Positions 11,367 through 21,845 of a stretch of 64,000 bases of DNA are shown here, piece by piece. Position 1 is the first letter of the stretch. Each line of letters begins with the position of its first letter. The DNA is taken from assembly GCA_963793265.1 (NCBI GenBank), contig CAWBZI010000004.1, forward strand, positions 544,001 through 608,000, read 5' to 3'. The notes under the pieces were generated by a model that was not told the origin of the DNA, searched no databases, and saw nothing but the letters and a program-made list of their open reading frames with translations. The translations under genes and the position numbers were made by a program. The DNA comes from an uncultured cyanobacterium (GTDB taxonomy: Bacteria; Cyanobacteriota; Cyanobacteriia; Phormidesmidales; Phormidesmidaceae).

Positions 11367-12968
11367 TCACTCGTTCACCTGTATTGAAGGTGCAAGCACC
11401 TGTTCAGCACCGGGCAGCGTCATCACTCTAGAGAGCGGTGCAGCGTCCGGCACGTCCGGCAGCGTTGTCTGAATCTGAGCGGCTACCTCTACTGTCTTGG
11501 CACTGTAGGTTTGAATGGCCAGCTTTGGATACAGACCAATTCCGATAATGGGCACCAGTAAGCAAACTGCGACAAACGCCTCACGCGGCAAAATCTCCCA
11601 AGACTCACCTTTAGCAGGCTTCAGGTCGGTTTGCTCGCCGTAAAAGATACTGCGCAGCATTGAGAGCAGGTAGATAGGCGCGAGCACAACGCCAATAGCA
11701 CCTAGCAAGATAATGCCAGCTTTAAAGAAAACGTTGTAGGCATCGCTGGTTGCCATTCCTAAGAACACAGTAATTTCGGCGATAAAGCCGCTCATACCAG
11801 GCAGCGCCAAAGACGCCATCGACCCTGCTGTAAAGAAGGCAAAGGCAATTGGCATCGCTTTTGCCAGTCCGCCCATTTTCTCCATAGAAAGCGTGTGCGT
11901 ACGCTCGTAAGCCACACCAGATAGGAAAAATAGCACCGCCGCTACCAGTCCGTGAGAGATCATTTGTAGCATTGCGCCGCTCATGCCCAGCGAGTTGAAG
12001 GCCGCAAGACCGAGCAGTACAAAGCCCATATGCGCAATCGAAGAATACGCCAGTCGTCGCTTCAGGTTGTCTTGAGCAAAGGCTGTGAGCGAGCCATACA
12101 CAATATTAATGGTGCCTAAGGTCGCCAGCACAGGCGCAAAATACAGGTGCGCGTCAGGCAGTATCTCGATATTCATCCGAATTAGACCATAGCCTGCCAT
12201 CTTTAGCAGCACGCCAGCCAAGATCATAGAGATTGGCGCAGGGGCTTCACTGTGGGCGTCGGGTAGCCAGGTGTGCAGTGGGAAAATAGGCAGCTTCGCA
12301 CCGAAGGCAACCAGCAGGCCCAAATAGCAAATGAGCTGGAACGGCAGCGAATATTCTTTCGCCGCTAGCTCAGTGAGATTAAAGCTAAACCCTTGGCCCG
12401 AGAAGGCCAGCGCCAGCGCCACTACTAGGATGAAGACGGAGCAGGTGGCGGTGTAAATAATAAACTTAGTGGCGGCGTACTGCCTTTTTTGACCGCCCCA
12501 AATGGCAATCAGCAGGTACACGGGCACCAGCTCTAGCTCCCACATGATGAAAAACAGCATCATGTCTTGAGCCAAAAATACGCCAAGCTGTGCGCTAAAC
12601 ATCAGCAGCAGCATAGAGTAATACAGGCGCGGCTTAAGCTTGACATTCCAAGAAGCCACCACCGCTAAGGTTGTGACCAAACCGCTGAGTACCACCAGCG
12701 GAAAAGACAAACCATCGACCCCCAAAGACCAGCTCAATCCAAACTGGGGAATCCAAGAAAATTCTTCGACGAGCTGTAGTCCTGACGTGCCCAGTTCGTA
12801 CTGGGTCGCAAAGACATAAATAATTAATCCAAATTCTGCGAGGCTCGCGCCTAGTGCATACCAGCGAATGGTTTTACCTTCTTTATCTGGCAGCAAAGGA
12901 ATAGGCATTGCGGCCAAAAGCGGGAAGATGACTAGAAACGTCAGCCACGGAAATTGTTCACCGATCAT
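11367..12968 (-). CDS. ndhD: NAD(P)H-quinone oxidoreductase subunit 4 (NdhD1/D2 type)
   Basis: 533 aa polytopic protein; [42 protein letters not shown]. Confidence 0.95.
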   Translation of the reverse strand: MIGEQFPWLTFLVIFPLLAAMPIPLLPDKEGKTIRWYALGASLAEFGLIIYVFATQYELGTSGLQLVEEFSWIPQFGLSWSLGVDGLSFPLVVLSGLVTTLAVVASWNVKLKPRLYYSMLLLMFSAQLGVFLAQDMMLFFIMWELELVPVYLLIAIWGGQKRQYAATKFIIYTATCSVFILVVALALAFSGQGFSFNLTELAAKEYSLPFQLICYLGLLVAFGAKLPIFPLHTWLPDAHSEAPAPISMILAGVLLKMAGYGLIRMNIEILPDAHLYFAPVLATLGTINIVYGSLTAFAQDNLKRRLAYSSIAHMGFVLLGLAAFNSLGMSGAMLQMISHGLVAAVLFFLSGVAYERTHTLSMEKMGGLAKAMPIAFAFFTAGSMASLALPGMSGFIAEITVFLGMATSDAYNVFFKAGIILLGAIGVVLAPIYLLSMLRSIFYGEQTDLKPAKGESWEILPREAFVAVCLLVPIIGIGLYPKLAIQTYSAKTVEVAAQIQTTLPDVPDAAPLSRVMTLPGAEQVLAPSIQVNE

Positions 12969-13237
12969 TACAATTCACGCAATTTCGTTACGGGCAAAGG
13001 CGCAGTCATTCCCAGAAAGAAGGGTCTAGAGAGTCTAGGCAAAACTAACGGATGGGCATAAGCACAAATACTTATTTGATTGCGCCCAAGGGCTAGTATA
13101 CAAAACTTAACCAACCTTTGTTAATGAAAGTGTGCCCCGAGAAATAAATAATCAATATTGATATATCAATTTCGTGACAAGACTATACCCCGTGGTTGGT
13201 CATCATCAGCGCTACTGAGGTGCAAACGCAGCCAAAC

Positions 13238-14167
13238 TTAACCAATCAGCTCGGCCACCGCACCTTGCGTATCTATCTGGAGGCAGTGGGCGCGCGCTGC
13301 AAACTTTTGTGGCGTCCAAGCAGCTTCCATGGCTTCGCGCACTAGCTCAGCAACATCAGCAGAGCAAAGGGCGAGTAGAGTTGGGCCTGAGCCGCTGATC
13401 ACCAGGCCCCATGCTCCGGCTTTGAGGGCGGCGCGGCGAACGTTTTCGTAGCCGGGGATGAGTTTTTTGCGGTAGGGCTGATGGATGCGATCGCCCATCC
13501 CTCCACCAATCCAATCTCCGTTTCCCGTCGCAATTCCCCGCAGCAGCAAAGCAATATGCGCCGTATTAAAGATCGTATCGGCCCGGCTATAGTGCGCAGG
13601 CAGCACCCGCCGAGCATCGGCTGTAGACACCTCAAAATCAGGAATAATCACCACGGGCACCACCGACTCATGCCAGGGCAAATCGCACACTTGCAGCCGT
13701 CCTTTAGTGATCGCTGCTAGCTGAGCCCCGCCTAGCAGCGCAGGCACCACATTATCAGGATGGCCCTCTATTTCATTGGCTAAGGCCACCAAAACTGATT
13801 TATTCAGTGGCGAACCTGCCAGCGCATTTGCGCCCATAATGCCGCCAACAATGGCAGTTGATGAGCTACCTAAACCGCGTGAAAGCGGTACGCCTAACAC
13901 AATCCGAATATGAACAGGAGGCGCTGGCTGACCGATGCGCTCGTAGCACTTTAGATAGGCTCGATAGACCAGATTGCTTGCGCCGCTGTTGACCCGGCTC
14001 GACTCAATGCCTTCGATGGTGATCTGAAACGGTTCACTGTCAGAAAGGGGCGTGAAGGGCGTGAAGTGAAAGCGATTGTAGAGCGTGAACGCGGCCCCGA
14101 GGCAGTCAAACCCAGGGCCGATGTTGGCAGTCGTCGCAGGAACAGTAACGGTGACGGAAGAGGGCAC
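13238..14167 (-). CDS. thrB: Homoserine kinase
   Basis: VPATTANIGPGFDCLG, PLSRGLGSS, EGHPDN, ISGSGPT; GTG start. Confidence 0.96.
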   Translation of the reverse strand: MPSSVTVTVPATTANIGPGFDCLGAAFTLYNRFHFTPFTPLSDSEPFQITIEGIESSRVNSGASNLVYRAYLKCYERIGQPAPPVHIRIVLGVPLSRGLGSSSTAIVGGIMGANALAGSPLNKSVLVALANEIEGHPDNVVPALLGGAQLAAITKGRLQVCDLPWHESVVPVVIIPDFEVSTADARRVLPAHYSRADTIFNTAHIALLLRGIATGNGDWIGGGMGDRIHQPYRKKLIPGYENVRRAALKAGAWGLVISGSGPTLLALCSADVAELVREAMEAAWTPQKFAARAHCLQIDTQGAVAELIG

Positions 14168-14273
14168 GAGAGAATTAGTCCTAACCGCAGTTAGGCGTTA
14201 GACGATTCTCGCTATTGTATAGGACTCTTCCGAACATCTCTGCGTGAGTTAGGTCGCGATCGCTGCTAAACGG

Positions 14274-14766
14274 CTAAGGAACTGCATGGTGGAGTGAGAT
14301 TTCAGAGACGGTGCCGTCAGGCGTAAGAGAAAGGGTGACAGCACAGGTATCGATAAATCGGGCGTCTCCGCCGTTGTTGAGCGCGGTCATACACCCGGAA
14401 TATCTTTCGCGGTTGGGCTCACTCCCTTCGATGTCGGTGTCTGCAACAGTAAAGTCAATTTCTGAATGAGTATCTAAGATTTGGGCATAGGCGATCGCCG
14501 TTGCCTTAGAGACAGGCTCTCTGGGGAGTAAAGACACTTTAGTTGCGCCGAAGTCGTAGGGGGCTGCGATGAGTAACGCGTCTTGAAAGGCGTATTTTTG
14601 ATAGGTGCAGTCGTAGGCTCCGGGCACGCAGAGCCCTGCTTGCAGTAGCTTGCTGAATACTGCCTGCGCTTCTGGGTAGGAAACGACTGACTGTAGGTCA
14701 AGATCAAGTTTGTCTACGATTGCATTTAGGTTGTCTACTGGATCTTTGGTGAGGGGAGGCTGTGCT
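14274..14766 (-). pseudogene. Probable 5'-truncated gene remnant of unknown function
   Basis: The frame of the 117-aa ORF stays open upstream (AQPPLTKDPVDNLNAIVDKLDL...) until a TGA near 14767, with no ATG. Confidence 0.45.
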
Positions 14767-14915
14767 CACATATTCATCAGAAAAATGAGCGGGCTGTGAG
14801 CATGAGAATGTCAGTAAACCTGCAAAGACTGCTAGAAATCCGCGTGTGATTGGCTTGTTATATGTTTCTGTTGCTTTTATATATGAAATTCATGGATAGG
14901 AACGTTGTAGCGCAA

Positions 14916-14977
14916 AGAGGGCGTAATACCTTATGCTCCTACATCAGATTCCGTAGGGGCGTAATGCCTTACGACCA
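14916..14977. repeat. Two degenerate GTAG-type REP-like palindromes
   Basis: AGAGGGCGTAATACCTTATGCTCCTAC and GTAGGGGCGTAATGCCTTACGACC fit a consensus GTAGGGGCGTAATGCCTTACGCCCCTAC. Confidence 0.55.
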
Positions 14978-15060
14978 GTGCAATAAATACCGCTGGTGTC
15001 AGCATTCTATTTTGTTTCTTTCCATATAGATTTAATCCCAGTTAGAAGAAACAGGAAACG

Positions 15061-16833
15061 CTAGAAATCACCCCGGTGCTTCAGGGCTGCTTCTAAGCGA
15101 CTTAGGACTTCAGGCAGCGTGATCGCACCCAAATCCCCCTCCTTCCGCGTCCGCACGCTTAGCGTTTTACCCTCTACTTCCTTATCCCCAATCACCGACA
15201 TCACCGGAATCTTTGCTTTCTCAGAGTTGCGAATCATCTTCCCAAGCCGCTCCCCGCTTTTATCAACCTCAACGCGTACGCCAAGCTGCCTCATTTGAGC
15301 TGCCGCATCATCAGCATAGGCAAAGTGATCGGCAGTTACCGGCAGTAGTCGCACCTGCTCAGGGGCAAGCCACACCGGAAAATCGCCCGCATACTGCTCA
15401 ATCAAAATACCGATCAGGCGCTCTAGCGAGCCAAACGGCGCACGGTGGATCATCACGGGTCGCTGGCGCGTGCCGTCTTCAGCCACGTATTCAAGATCAA
15501 ACCGTTCAGGCAGGTTGTAGTCTACCTGCACTGTGCCAAGCTGCCACTCTCTATCTAGGGCATCGCGCACAATAAAGTCGAGCTTAGGGCCATAGAAAGC
15601 CGCCTCTCCAATGCCTTCAAAGTGATCCATGCCCATCTTTTCTACAGCCTGGCGGATCGCATCCTGGGATTTTTCCCAAGCATCGTCCGAGCCGATGTAC
15701 TTCGATTTGTTCTCAGGGTCGCGAAAGCTTAGCCGCGCCTTGAAGGACTGATCAAGCTGTAGCGCTCGCAGCGTTGTTTGAATGAGATCTACGACCTTTA
15801 GAAATTCCTCGTTAAGCTGCTCAGGCGTCACAAACAAATGAGCGTCATCTTGTGTAAAGCCACGTACCCGAGTGAGTCCGCCTAATTCGCCTGACTGCTC
15901 ATAGCGATATACCGTACCGAACTCTGCATATCGCAGCGGCAGTTCTTTGTACGACCGTAGCTGGCTCTTATAAATCTCCACATGAAAAGGGCAGTTCATC
16001 GCCTTGAGCACAAACCCGTCTTTCTCGTCTTCGCCCATCATCGGGAAAAGGTCGTCTTTGTACTTCTGCCAGTGTCCAGAGGTCTTAAACAAGTCCACTT
16101 TGCCTACGTGAGGCGTTACAACCGGCAAGTAACCTCTAGCAACCTGCTCATCCTTAAGAAAATTTTCTAATGTAGATCGCAGTATCGTCCCCTTGGGCGT
16201 CCACATCGGTAGCCCCGGCCCAACCACATCAGAAAAGACAAACAGCTCTAGTTCTTTGCCCAGCTTGCGGTGATCGCGGCGCTTAGCTTCTTCTATCCGA
16301 CGCTGATATTCCTTCAGCTCCTCAGGCGTTTCCCAAGCCGTGCCATAAATCCGCTGAAGCTGGGCCTTATTCTCGTCCCCACGCCAGTACGCACCCGCTA
16401 CGCTATCGAGCGAAAACGCCTTTGGATTTAGCTCTTTGGTAGCCTCAACATGCGGCCCAGCGCACAAGTCCCACCACTCATCGCCCAGGTGATAGAGCGT
16501 AATTGGCTCCTGCAAACCTTCTAAAATCTCTAGCTTATAGGGCTCATCGAGTTCTTTAATGCGGCGCTCAGCTTCTTCTCGACTCACCTCTTCGCGAACC
16601 ACCGGCAGACCCTTATTGATGATTTTGATCATCTCTCTTTTAATCGACTTCAAATCCTTGTCTGTGAAGGGCTCAGGGTTGTCAAAGTCGTAGTAAAAGC
16701 CGTAGTCAATAGACGGCCCAATGGTCACCTGCGCTTTGGGAAACAAACGCTGCACGGCCATTGCCATCACGTGAGAGAAAGTATGGCGGATGCGCTCCAG
16801 CTTTTCAGATTCGTGAGTCCGCAGCAGCTTCAT
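15061..16833 (-). CDS. thrS: Threonine--tRNA ligase
   Basis: DLCAGPHV, RDHRKLG, MNCPFH, YRYEQSG, RVRGFTQDDAH, AFYGPKLD, IHRAPFGSLER. Confidence 0.98.
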   Translation of the reverse strand: MKLLRTHESEKLERIRHTFSHVMAMAVQRLFPKAQVTIGPSIDYGFYYDFDNPEPFTDKDLKSIKREMIKIINKGLPVVREEVSREEAERRIKELDEPYKLEILEGLQEPITLYHLGDEWWDLCAGPHVEATKELNPKAFSLDSVAGAYWRGDENKAQLQRIYGTAWETPEELKEYQRRIEEAKRRDHRKLGKELELFVFSDVVGPGLPMWTPKGTILRSTLENFLKDEQVARGYLPVVTPHVGKVDLFKTSGHWQKYKDDLFPMMGEDEKDGFVLKAMNCPFHVEIYKSQLRSYKELPLRYAEFGTVYRYEQSGELGGLTRVRGFTQDDAHLFVTPEQLNEEFLKVVDLIQTTLRALQLDQSFKARLSFRDPENKSKYIGSDDAWEKSQDAIRQAVEKMGMDHFEGIGEAAFYGPKLDFIVRDALDREWQLGTVQVDYNLPERFDLEYVAEDGTRQRPVMIHRAPFGSLERLIGILIEQYAGDFPVWLAPEQVRLLPVTADHFAYADDAAAQMRQLGVRVEVDKSGERLGKMIRNSEKAKIPVMSVIGDKEVEGKTLSVRTRKEGDLGAITLPEVLSRLEAALKHRGDF

Positions 16834-17462
16834 AAATTAGGTCAATGAATAATAAGGTACTAAGTGTAGCGCGATCGCCCCAACTAACGAATAGCATTTG
16901 CTCAAGAATCTATCGCAATTTTGATAATTTATCTGCTACCATGCAAGCTCAGTGCCTCGTAATCGACTTTTTCCTGGAGCCTTTTGGCCTACGGATTTTC
17001 TGTCTACGGATAGAACAAGCATACGGACAACAGCGCTATTCTTACGAAAGATAAACAGTTTGAAGCTGTTGTGACACCTATTCGCTATAAATTGATAGCA
17101 AATAAGTTTTAGAGCACTCGTGCAAGGTTGATTAAAACTAGCTGAGAGCAAGCGTCGTCAGCTGTAGTAAACAGTAGCCATAATTCCAGTAAAGACGGCG
17201 TTATAGCTACGAATCTGGGAGCAAAGCAGTTTTGTCGTGAAGTTTCGCTTCAGGTCAACGCTCTTTTGGCGGATGGTCTATCTCTAATGCAATCTATTTA
17301 GGCATCGAAGCATATAGTGCACAGCAACTAACCTTTGACCAAAAGTTCTAGGATCTAGGTCTATACAACATTCGAGAGTCCGCAAGTTGCGACCCTGTAA
17401 TAGTGAACCTATTAGGGCGCAGCGTCTCTCACTCACTCCAACAACATTCTCACAACTGAATT

Positions 17463-17732
17463 ATGACAAAAGCAACCGCAGTTAAGCCACTCGATAGCGC
17501 AGTGGCAGCGCACCCCATGGACAAGTTTCAACGAAAGGTACGATCGCTCGTAGAAACTAAGGCCGTTTCTCCCACAGACAAACTGTGGAAAATTGCCTTT
17601 ATCTTCGGCGACAAATGGCCTCATTGGAAGGCAGAACTAGAATCGTTCGACTTCACCACGCAAGACGCTATTAGCGAACTGCTCGCAGTAGACTGCTGGG
17701 AAGAAGATGAGGAAGAATCCGTTAGCGCTTAG
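17463..17732 (+). CDS. Small conserved cyanobacterial protein (DUF4327-like)
   Basis: HPMDKFQRKVRSLV...LWKIAFIFGDKW...WEEDEE pattern. Confidence 0.75.
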   Translation: MTKATAVKPLDSAVAAHPMDKFQRKVRSLVETKAVSPTDKLWKIAFIFGDKWPHWKAELESFDFTTQDAISELLAVDCWEEDEEESVSA

Positions 17733-17786
17733 ACGTTGATTTGTCAGGGCTTAGCCATACATCAGCCATGCAAAAGCCAGATACGG

Positions 17787-18284
17787 CTACGGTTTTCCTT
17801 TGTGAATAAGCTTGCCTAAATTGTTAGGATCGATGTCGTAAGCTCGGCCAAAGCCGACAACAAATCGACCACCCTGCGGACATAGCTGAAAGATCCGAAA
17901 GTCGGACAGTCCTTTCATGACTTCAACAATATTGCCAAAGCGAGCCTCGAACTGCCTCGCTATCGCCTCCCAAGGCGCGCTTTCCCTTTCTAATAAGCGC
18001 GCCGTACAGTCGTAGCTCAAACGCTTGCGAGCAAACATCTGCTGAGTTTTGACTTCATCTTCAATAAACAGCACGCTTGCTTTGCCCGTTGCTGTCAAAT
18101 TTTGTGTGTGGGCCGATAGCCCGCTGACAAATATATAGACGTTGCGATTCTCGTCAATGACGCAGGGCGCATAGCTAGCCTGTGGCTGACCGCTTTCGCT
18201 GGTTGTGCCTAAAATAGCGCTGCCAAACTGGTCGGGAAAGGTTCGATAGTCCTGAATGAGCGAATCTTGAGATGAGTCGGCCAT
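17787..18284 (-). CDS. HugZ/HutZ-like pyridoxamine 5'-phosphate oxidase fold protein
   Basis: ASYAP, YIFVSGLSAHTQNL, FARKRL, GRFVVGFGRAY. Confidence 0.85.
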   Translation of the reverse strand: MADSSQDSLIQDYRTFPDQFGSAILGTTSESGQPQASYAPCVIDENRNVYIFVSGLSAHTQNLTATGKASVLFIEDEVKTQQMFARKRLSYDCTARLLERESAPWEAIARQFEARFGNIVEVMKGLSDFRIFQLCPQGGRFVVGFGRAYDIDPNNLGKLIHKGKP

Positions 18285-18557
18285 AATCAAAGCGGCAGTT
18301 AAATCTGTGATACAAGCGGTTAAAAAGCGGCCATAAGGCAGTTCTTCAAAAATAGCAGTCTTTGGGAGCGTTGCGCTGAGGGTTCAAAGATATTCGCGGC
18401 GGTAGCTGGCTATCTCTCAATAGAAGGGTGTATGGGTCTTTCGAGACTGGTACTGTATAAAGGCGTAGTCTTAATATTTCTACATAAAGCGGTTTGTGAC
18501 CACTTCTATTTCAGCCACAAGCTTTAGCGCCTTCCCCTTATTAGAGTCTCTTGCTTC

Positions 18558-19298
18558 ATGACCGCTCGTTCTTTTCCGCCCGCCCTCGTCAGAGAATCTA
18601 TTGTTTCTATCTCTGTTGCCGTCACAATTGTGATGCTGTGGGGGCTGACGGTGTACGGCAGCTTATTTGTGCTGCCAAATGTCAGCGTAATGCCTGTAGC
18701 CGGTGTGCTGTCGGTCATTGCTGTGCGTTCTTTTTTACACACGGGTCTGTTTATCTTGGCTCACGACGCGATGCACGGAACGTTGGTGCCTGCCTCTGCC
18801 AAGATAAACGATTGGATTGGGCGAATTGTCTTGCGGATATACAGCTTTTTGTCTTTCGACAAGATGCGAGAGTACCACCATCAGCACCATCGCACACCCG
18901 CTCAGTCGAGCGATCCTGACTTTTATCCCGGTAGCTTTTGGCCCTGGTACTTCAACTTCATGCGCGTCTATATAAAAGGCGGGCAGGGCTGGGTCATTTT
19001 TTGGGGCATGTCTGCTTTTTTCTATCCGTTAATCTGGGGCTTTCACGCACCGATTCTTAATGTGGTTCTCTTTTGGCTGCTGCCCCAAGGGCTTAGCTCA
19101 TTACAGCTATTTTATTTTGGGACATATCTCCCCCACAGAAAGCCCGTAGGCGGCCACACGAACGCGCATCGGGCTACTAGCTCTCAGGCTTCGCCGTTTT
19201 GGTCATTTTTAAGCTGCTACCATTTCGACTATCATTGGGAGCACCACCAGTATCCACATCTGCCGTGGTACAAGCTACCTTCTGCACATAGCCGCTGA
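18558..19298 (+). CDS. crtW: Beta-carotene ketolase
   Basis: TGLFILAHDAMHG, HHQHH...DPDF, QLFYFGTYLPH, CYHFDYHWEHH...PWYKLP His boxes. Confidence 0.92.
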   Translation: MTARSFPPALVRESIVSISVAVTIVMLWGLTVYGSLFVLPNVSVMPVAGVLSVIAVRSFLHTGLFILAHDAMHGTLVPASAKINDWIGRIVLRIYSFLSFDKMREYHHQHHRTPAQSSDPDFYPGSFWPWYFNFMRVYIKGGQGWVIFWGMSAFFYPLIWGFHAPILNVVLFWLLPQGLSSLQLFYFGTYLPHRKPVGGHTNAHRATSSQASPFWSFLSCYHFDYHWEHHQYPHLPWYKLPSAHSR

Positions 19299-19377
19299 TA
19301 GGGGTGCTAAAAAGTTTTGTCAGGCGATCGCAATCGCCTACAGGAAACATATAAAACAAGTTTGGGGTATCTATATT

Positions 19378-19785
19378 ATGGGTCTATTTTCTCTTTCGGG
19401 CACACCACCTACCGATTTGGGTGTTACTGATGGCAAGCTCAAGAGCTGCCCTGATACGCCAAACTGTGTGAGTTCTCAAGCACCTGCTGATGATAAAGAA
19501 CATGTGATCGCTCCCTTTTCATATACGGGTTCTGCCTCAGAGGCGATCGCCCGCCTTAAGCAAATCATCGAAGGCATGGAGCGCTCTACCATTAACAAGG
19601 TCACCGATGACTATCTCTATGCTGAATTCTCTAGTAAGCTAATGGGCTTTGTAGACGACGTGGAGTTTTATGCACCGCCGGGTGAGTCGGTTATCCACAC
19701 GCGCACGGCTGCTCGCATGGGCAAGTCTGACCTGGGCGTAAATCGCAAGCGCACTGAAGAGATTCGCGCAAAGTTTGAAGCCTAA
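19378..19785 (+). CDS. DUF1499 family protein
   Basis: CPDTPNCVSSQ, GFVDDVEF, SDLGVNRKR. Confidence 0.9.
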   Translation: MGLFSLSGTPPTDLGVTDGKLKSCPDTPNCVSSQAPADDKEHVIAPFSYTGSASEAIARLKQIIEGMERSTINKVTDDYLYAEFSSKLMGFVDDVEFYAPPGESVIHTRTAARMGKSDLGVNRKRTEEIRAKFEA

Positions 19786-19862
19786 AAGTTTGAAGCCTAA
19801 GCGTCGCTCTCGCTGTAGGATAAGTGAAGCTACAGCAAGCGCGTTTTTCCCAAGCAACTTTG

Positions 19863-21566
19863 ATGGTCAATACTATCGCAGCGGGGCATACAGCCCAAGC
19901 CTCAACTCGCAGGCCCGTTCCTTTATCGCTGAGCGATCGCGCCAAAGAAACTAACAACCAAGAGTTTGTACTAGCGGCGATAGACATTGGCACGAACTCG
20001 GTGCATATGGTGATAGCCAGCATTGATGCGGCTCTGCCTTCGTTTAATGTCATTGGCAAAGAGAAAGACACCGTTCGCTTAGGTGAGTTCTGTGAGGGAA
20101 CCGGGGCTTTAAGCGAAGAAGCGATGAGCCGCTGTATTGCCTCGCTCAAGCGGTGTGTAAAGGTTGCAGATAGGTTTAATGCGGACGATGTAGTTGCAGT
20201 TGCGACAAGTGCCGTGAGAGAAGCGGTTAACGGTCAAGACTTTATCGATCGCGTCAAGGCAGAAACGGGCCTTTCTATTAATTTAATTTCAGGAACAGAG
20301 GAAGCTCGGCGGATTTATCTGGGCGTGATTTCGGGCATGGAGCTAAAGAGCAAACCCCATGCGGTGATAGACATTGGCGGGGGCTCTACCGAAATTATTT
20401 TGGGGAGCGGTGGGCCGCCTGACTTCTTGAGCAGCAGTAAGGTAGGAGCCGTTCGCCTCAGCGCTAAGTTTGTTTCTACCGACCCGCTCAGCCGCAAAGA
20501 GTACGAATATTTGCAGGCTTATGTTCGTGGCGTCTTAGAGCCGAATATAGACCAGCTCAAAAGAAAGCTACAGAAGCGAATTCGCCATTCCGATGTAGCT
20601 GATGAGTCGCTCAGGCTAATTGGTACTTCTGGTTCTATTGAGTGTTTGGCTATTTTGTCTGCGATGGAGAAGACGGGTATCGAGCCTGATCCAATTAACG
20701 GATTTTTGCTGACCTATCGAGAACTTGCTTGGTGGGTGCGTCGTTTGCGCAAAATGGATTATTCTGAGCGGTTGGCGCTACCTGGAATGTCTGATCGGCG
20801 GGCGGAAATTATTGTGCCTGGCGCTATTATTTTGCAGACGGCAATGGAGCTGCTGGGCGTCGATCAGCTCAAAATTTGCGAACGCGCACTCAGAGAAGGC
20901 GTTGTTGTTGATTGGATGCTCACTCACGGTTTGATTGAAGATCGGATGGAGTTTCAAGATTCGGTACGCGACAGATCGGTAAGGAAGCTGGCTCGTAAAT
21001 ATAAGGCAGATGGCGATCGCGTGGCTCAATTTGCCACGTCACTGTTTGACCAAACTCAAGACGGTGTGCACAAACTGGGTTCGCTTGAAAGAGAATATCT
21101 GTGGGCCGCTGCTATGCTACACAACAGCGGTCATTACATTAGCCATTCGGCCCATCACAAGCACTCTTACTACCTCATTCGCAATGGCGGTTTGTTAGGG
21201 TTTACCGAAACAGAAGTCGAGATTATTGCAAATATTGCTCGCTACCATCGCAAGAGCTTGCCTAAGCGGCGACATGAGGGCTATAACAATTTGCCGACAA
21301 AGCATGACCGGCAGGTGGTTGATCAGCTTGGGGCGATATTGCGAGTAGCGGTGGCTTTGGATCGAGGGAGGAGTGGGGCGATCGCGAACCTTGAAACCCA
21401 TCACGATCGGAGTGCAGGTGCGATCACGATAACCATCACACCCGTTCGTGCCGACAACAACTGTGAATTAGAGCTGTGGAACATTAACTATAAAAAAGAG
21501 TGGTTTGAAGAAGTTTTTGGACTTAAGCTCAAGGCCCAGCTAGCATCGCATAGCTCTCATGATTAA
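19863..21566 (+). CDS. ppx: Exopolyphosphatase (Ppx/GppA family)
   Basis: AAIDIGTNS, ATSAVREA, DIGGGSTE, ALREG, C-terminal HD-like region (LHNSGH...HHKHS). Confidence 0.95.
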   Translation: MVNTIAAGHTAQASTRRPVPLSLSDRAKETNNQEFVLAAIDIGTNSVHMVIASIDAALPSFNVIGKEKDTVRLGEFCEGTGALSEEAMSRCIASLKRCVKVADRFNADDVVAVATSAVREAVNGQDFIDRVKAETGLSINLISGTEEARRIYLGVISGMELKSKPHAVIDIGGGSTEIILGSGGPPDFLSSSKVGAVRLSAKFVSTDPLSRKEYEYLQAYVRGVLEPNIDQLKRKLQKRIRHSDVADESLRLIGTSGSIECLAILSAMEKTGIEPDPINGFLLTYRELAWWVRRLRKMDYSERLALPGMSDRRAEIIVPGAIILQTAMELLGVDQLKICERALREGVVVDWMLTHGLIEDRMEFQDSVRDRSVRKLARKYKADGDRVAQFATSLFDQTQDGVHKLGSLEREYLWAAAMLHNSGHYISHSAHHKHSYYLIRNGGLLGFTETEVEIIANIARYHRKSLPKRRHEGYNNLPTKHDRQVVDQLGAILRVAVALDRGRSGAIANLETHHDRSAGAITITITPVRADNNCELELWNINYKKEWFEEVFGLKLKAQLASHSSHD

Positions 21567-21575
21567 TGGATGCTA

Positions 21576-21845
21576 CTACATTTGCGATAATAGCTTATCG
21601 TATTCTGCATGAGAGCCGATCCAAAACCAGACTATCGTGTCATTGCTTATCTGCCCCACGGCTCTATATCGTTTCCCAATACGAGCAGAGTAGATCGGTA
21701 GCTCCGTATGAACCATCTTGAATCTTAAACTAGGATGCCTCGGATTCTGTAAGAACTGTTGATAAGACTGGCGGGCTTGTCTCCTAATATCTGGAGGCAG
21801 TTTAGTCAGCATCTTACGGAACTTTGACGTTGTTTTAGACTTCAC
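21576..21845 (-). CDS. RelE/ParE-like type II toxin
   Basis: About 90 aa, basic; HPSLRFK, YSARIG, YRA, WFWIGSHAEYD. GTG at 21845 or ATG at 21857; overlaps the antitoxin. Confidence 0.8.
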   Translation of the reverse strand: MKSKTTSKFRKMLTKLPPDIRRQARQSYQQFLQNPRHPSLRFKMVHTELPIYSARIGKRYRAVGQISNDTIVWFWIGSHAEYDKLLSQM

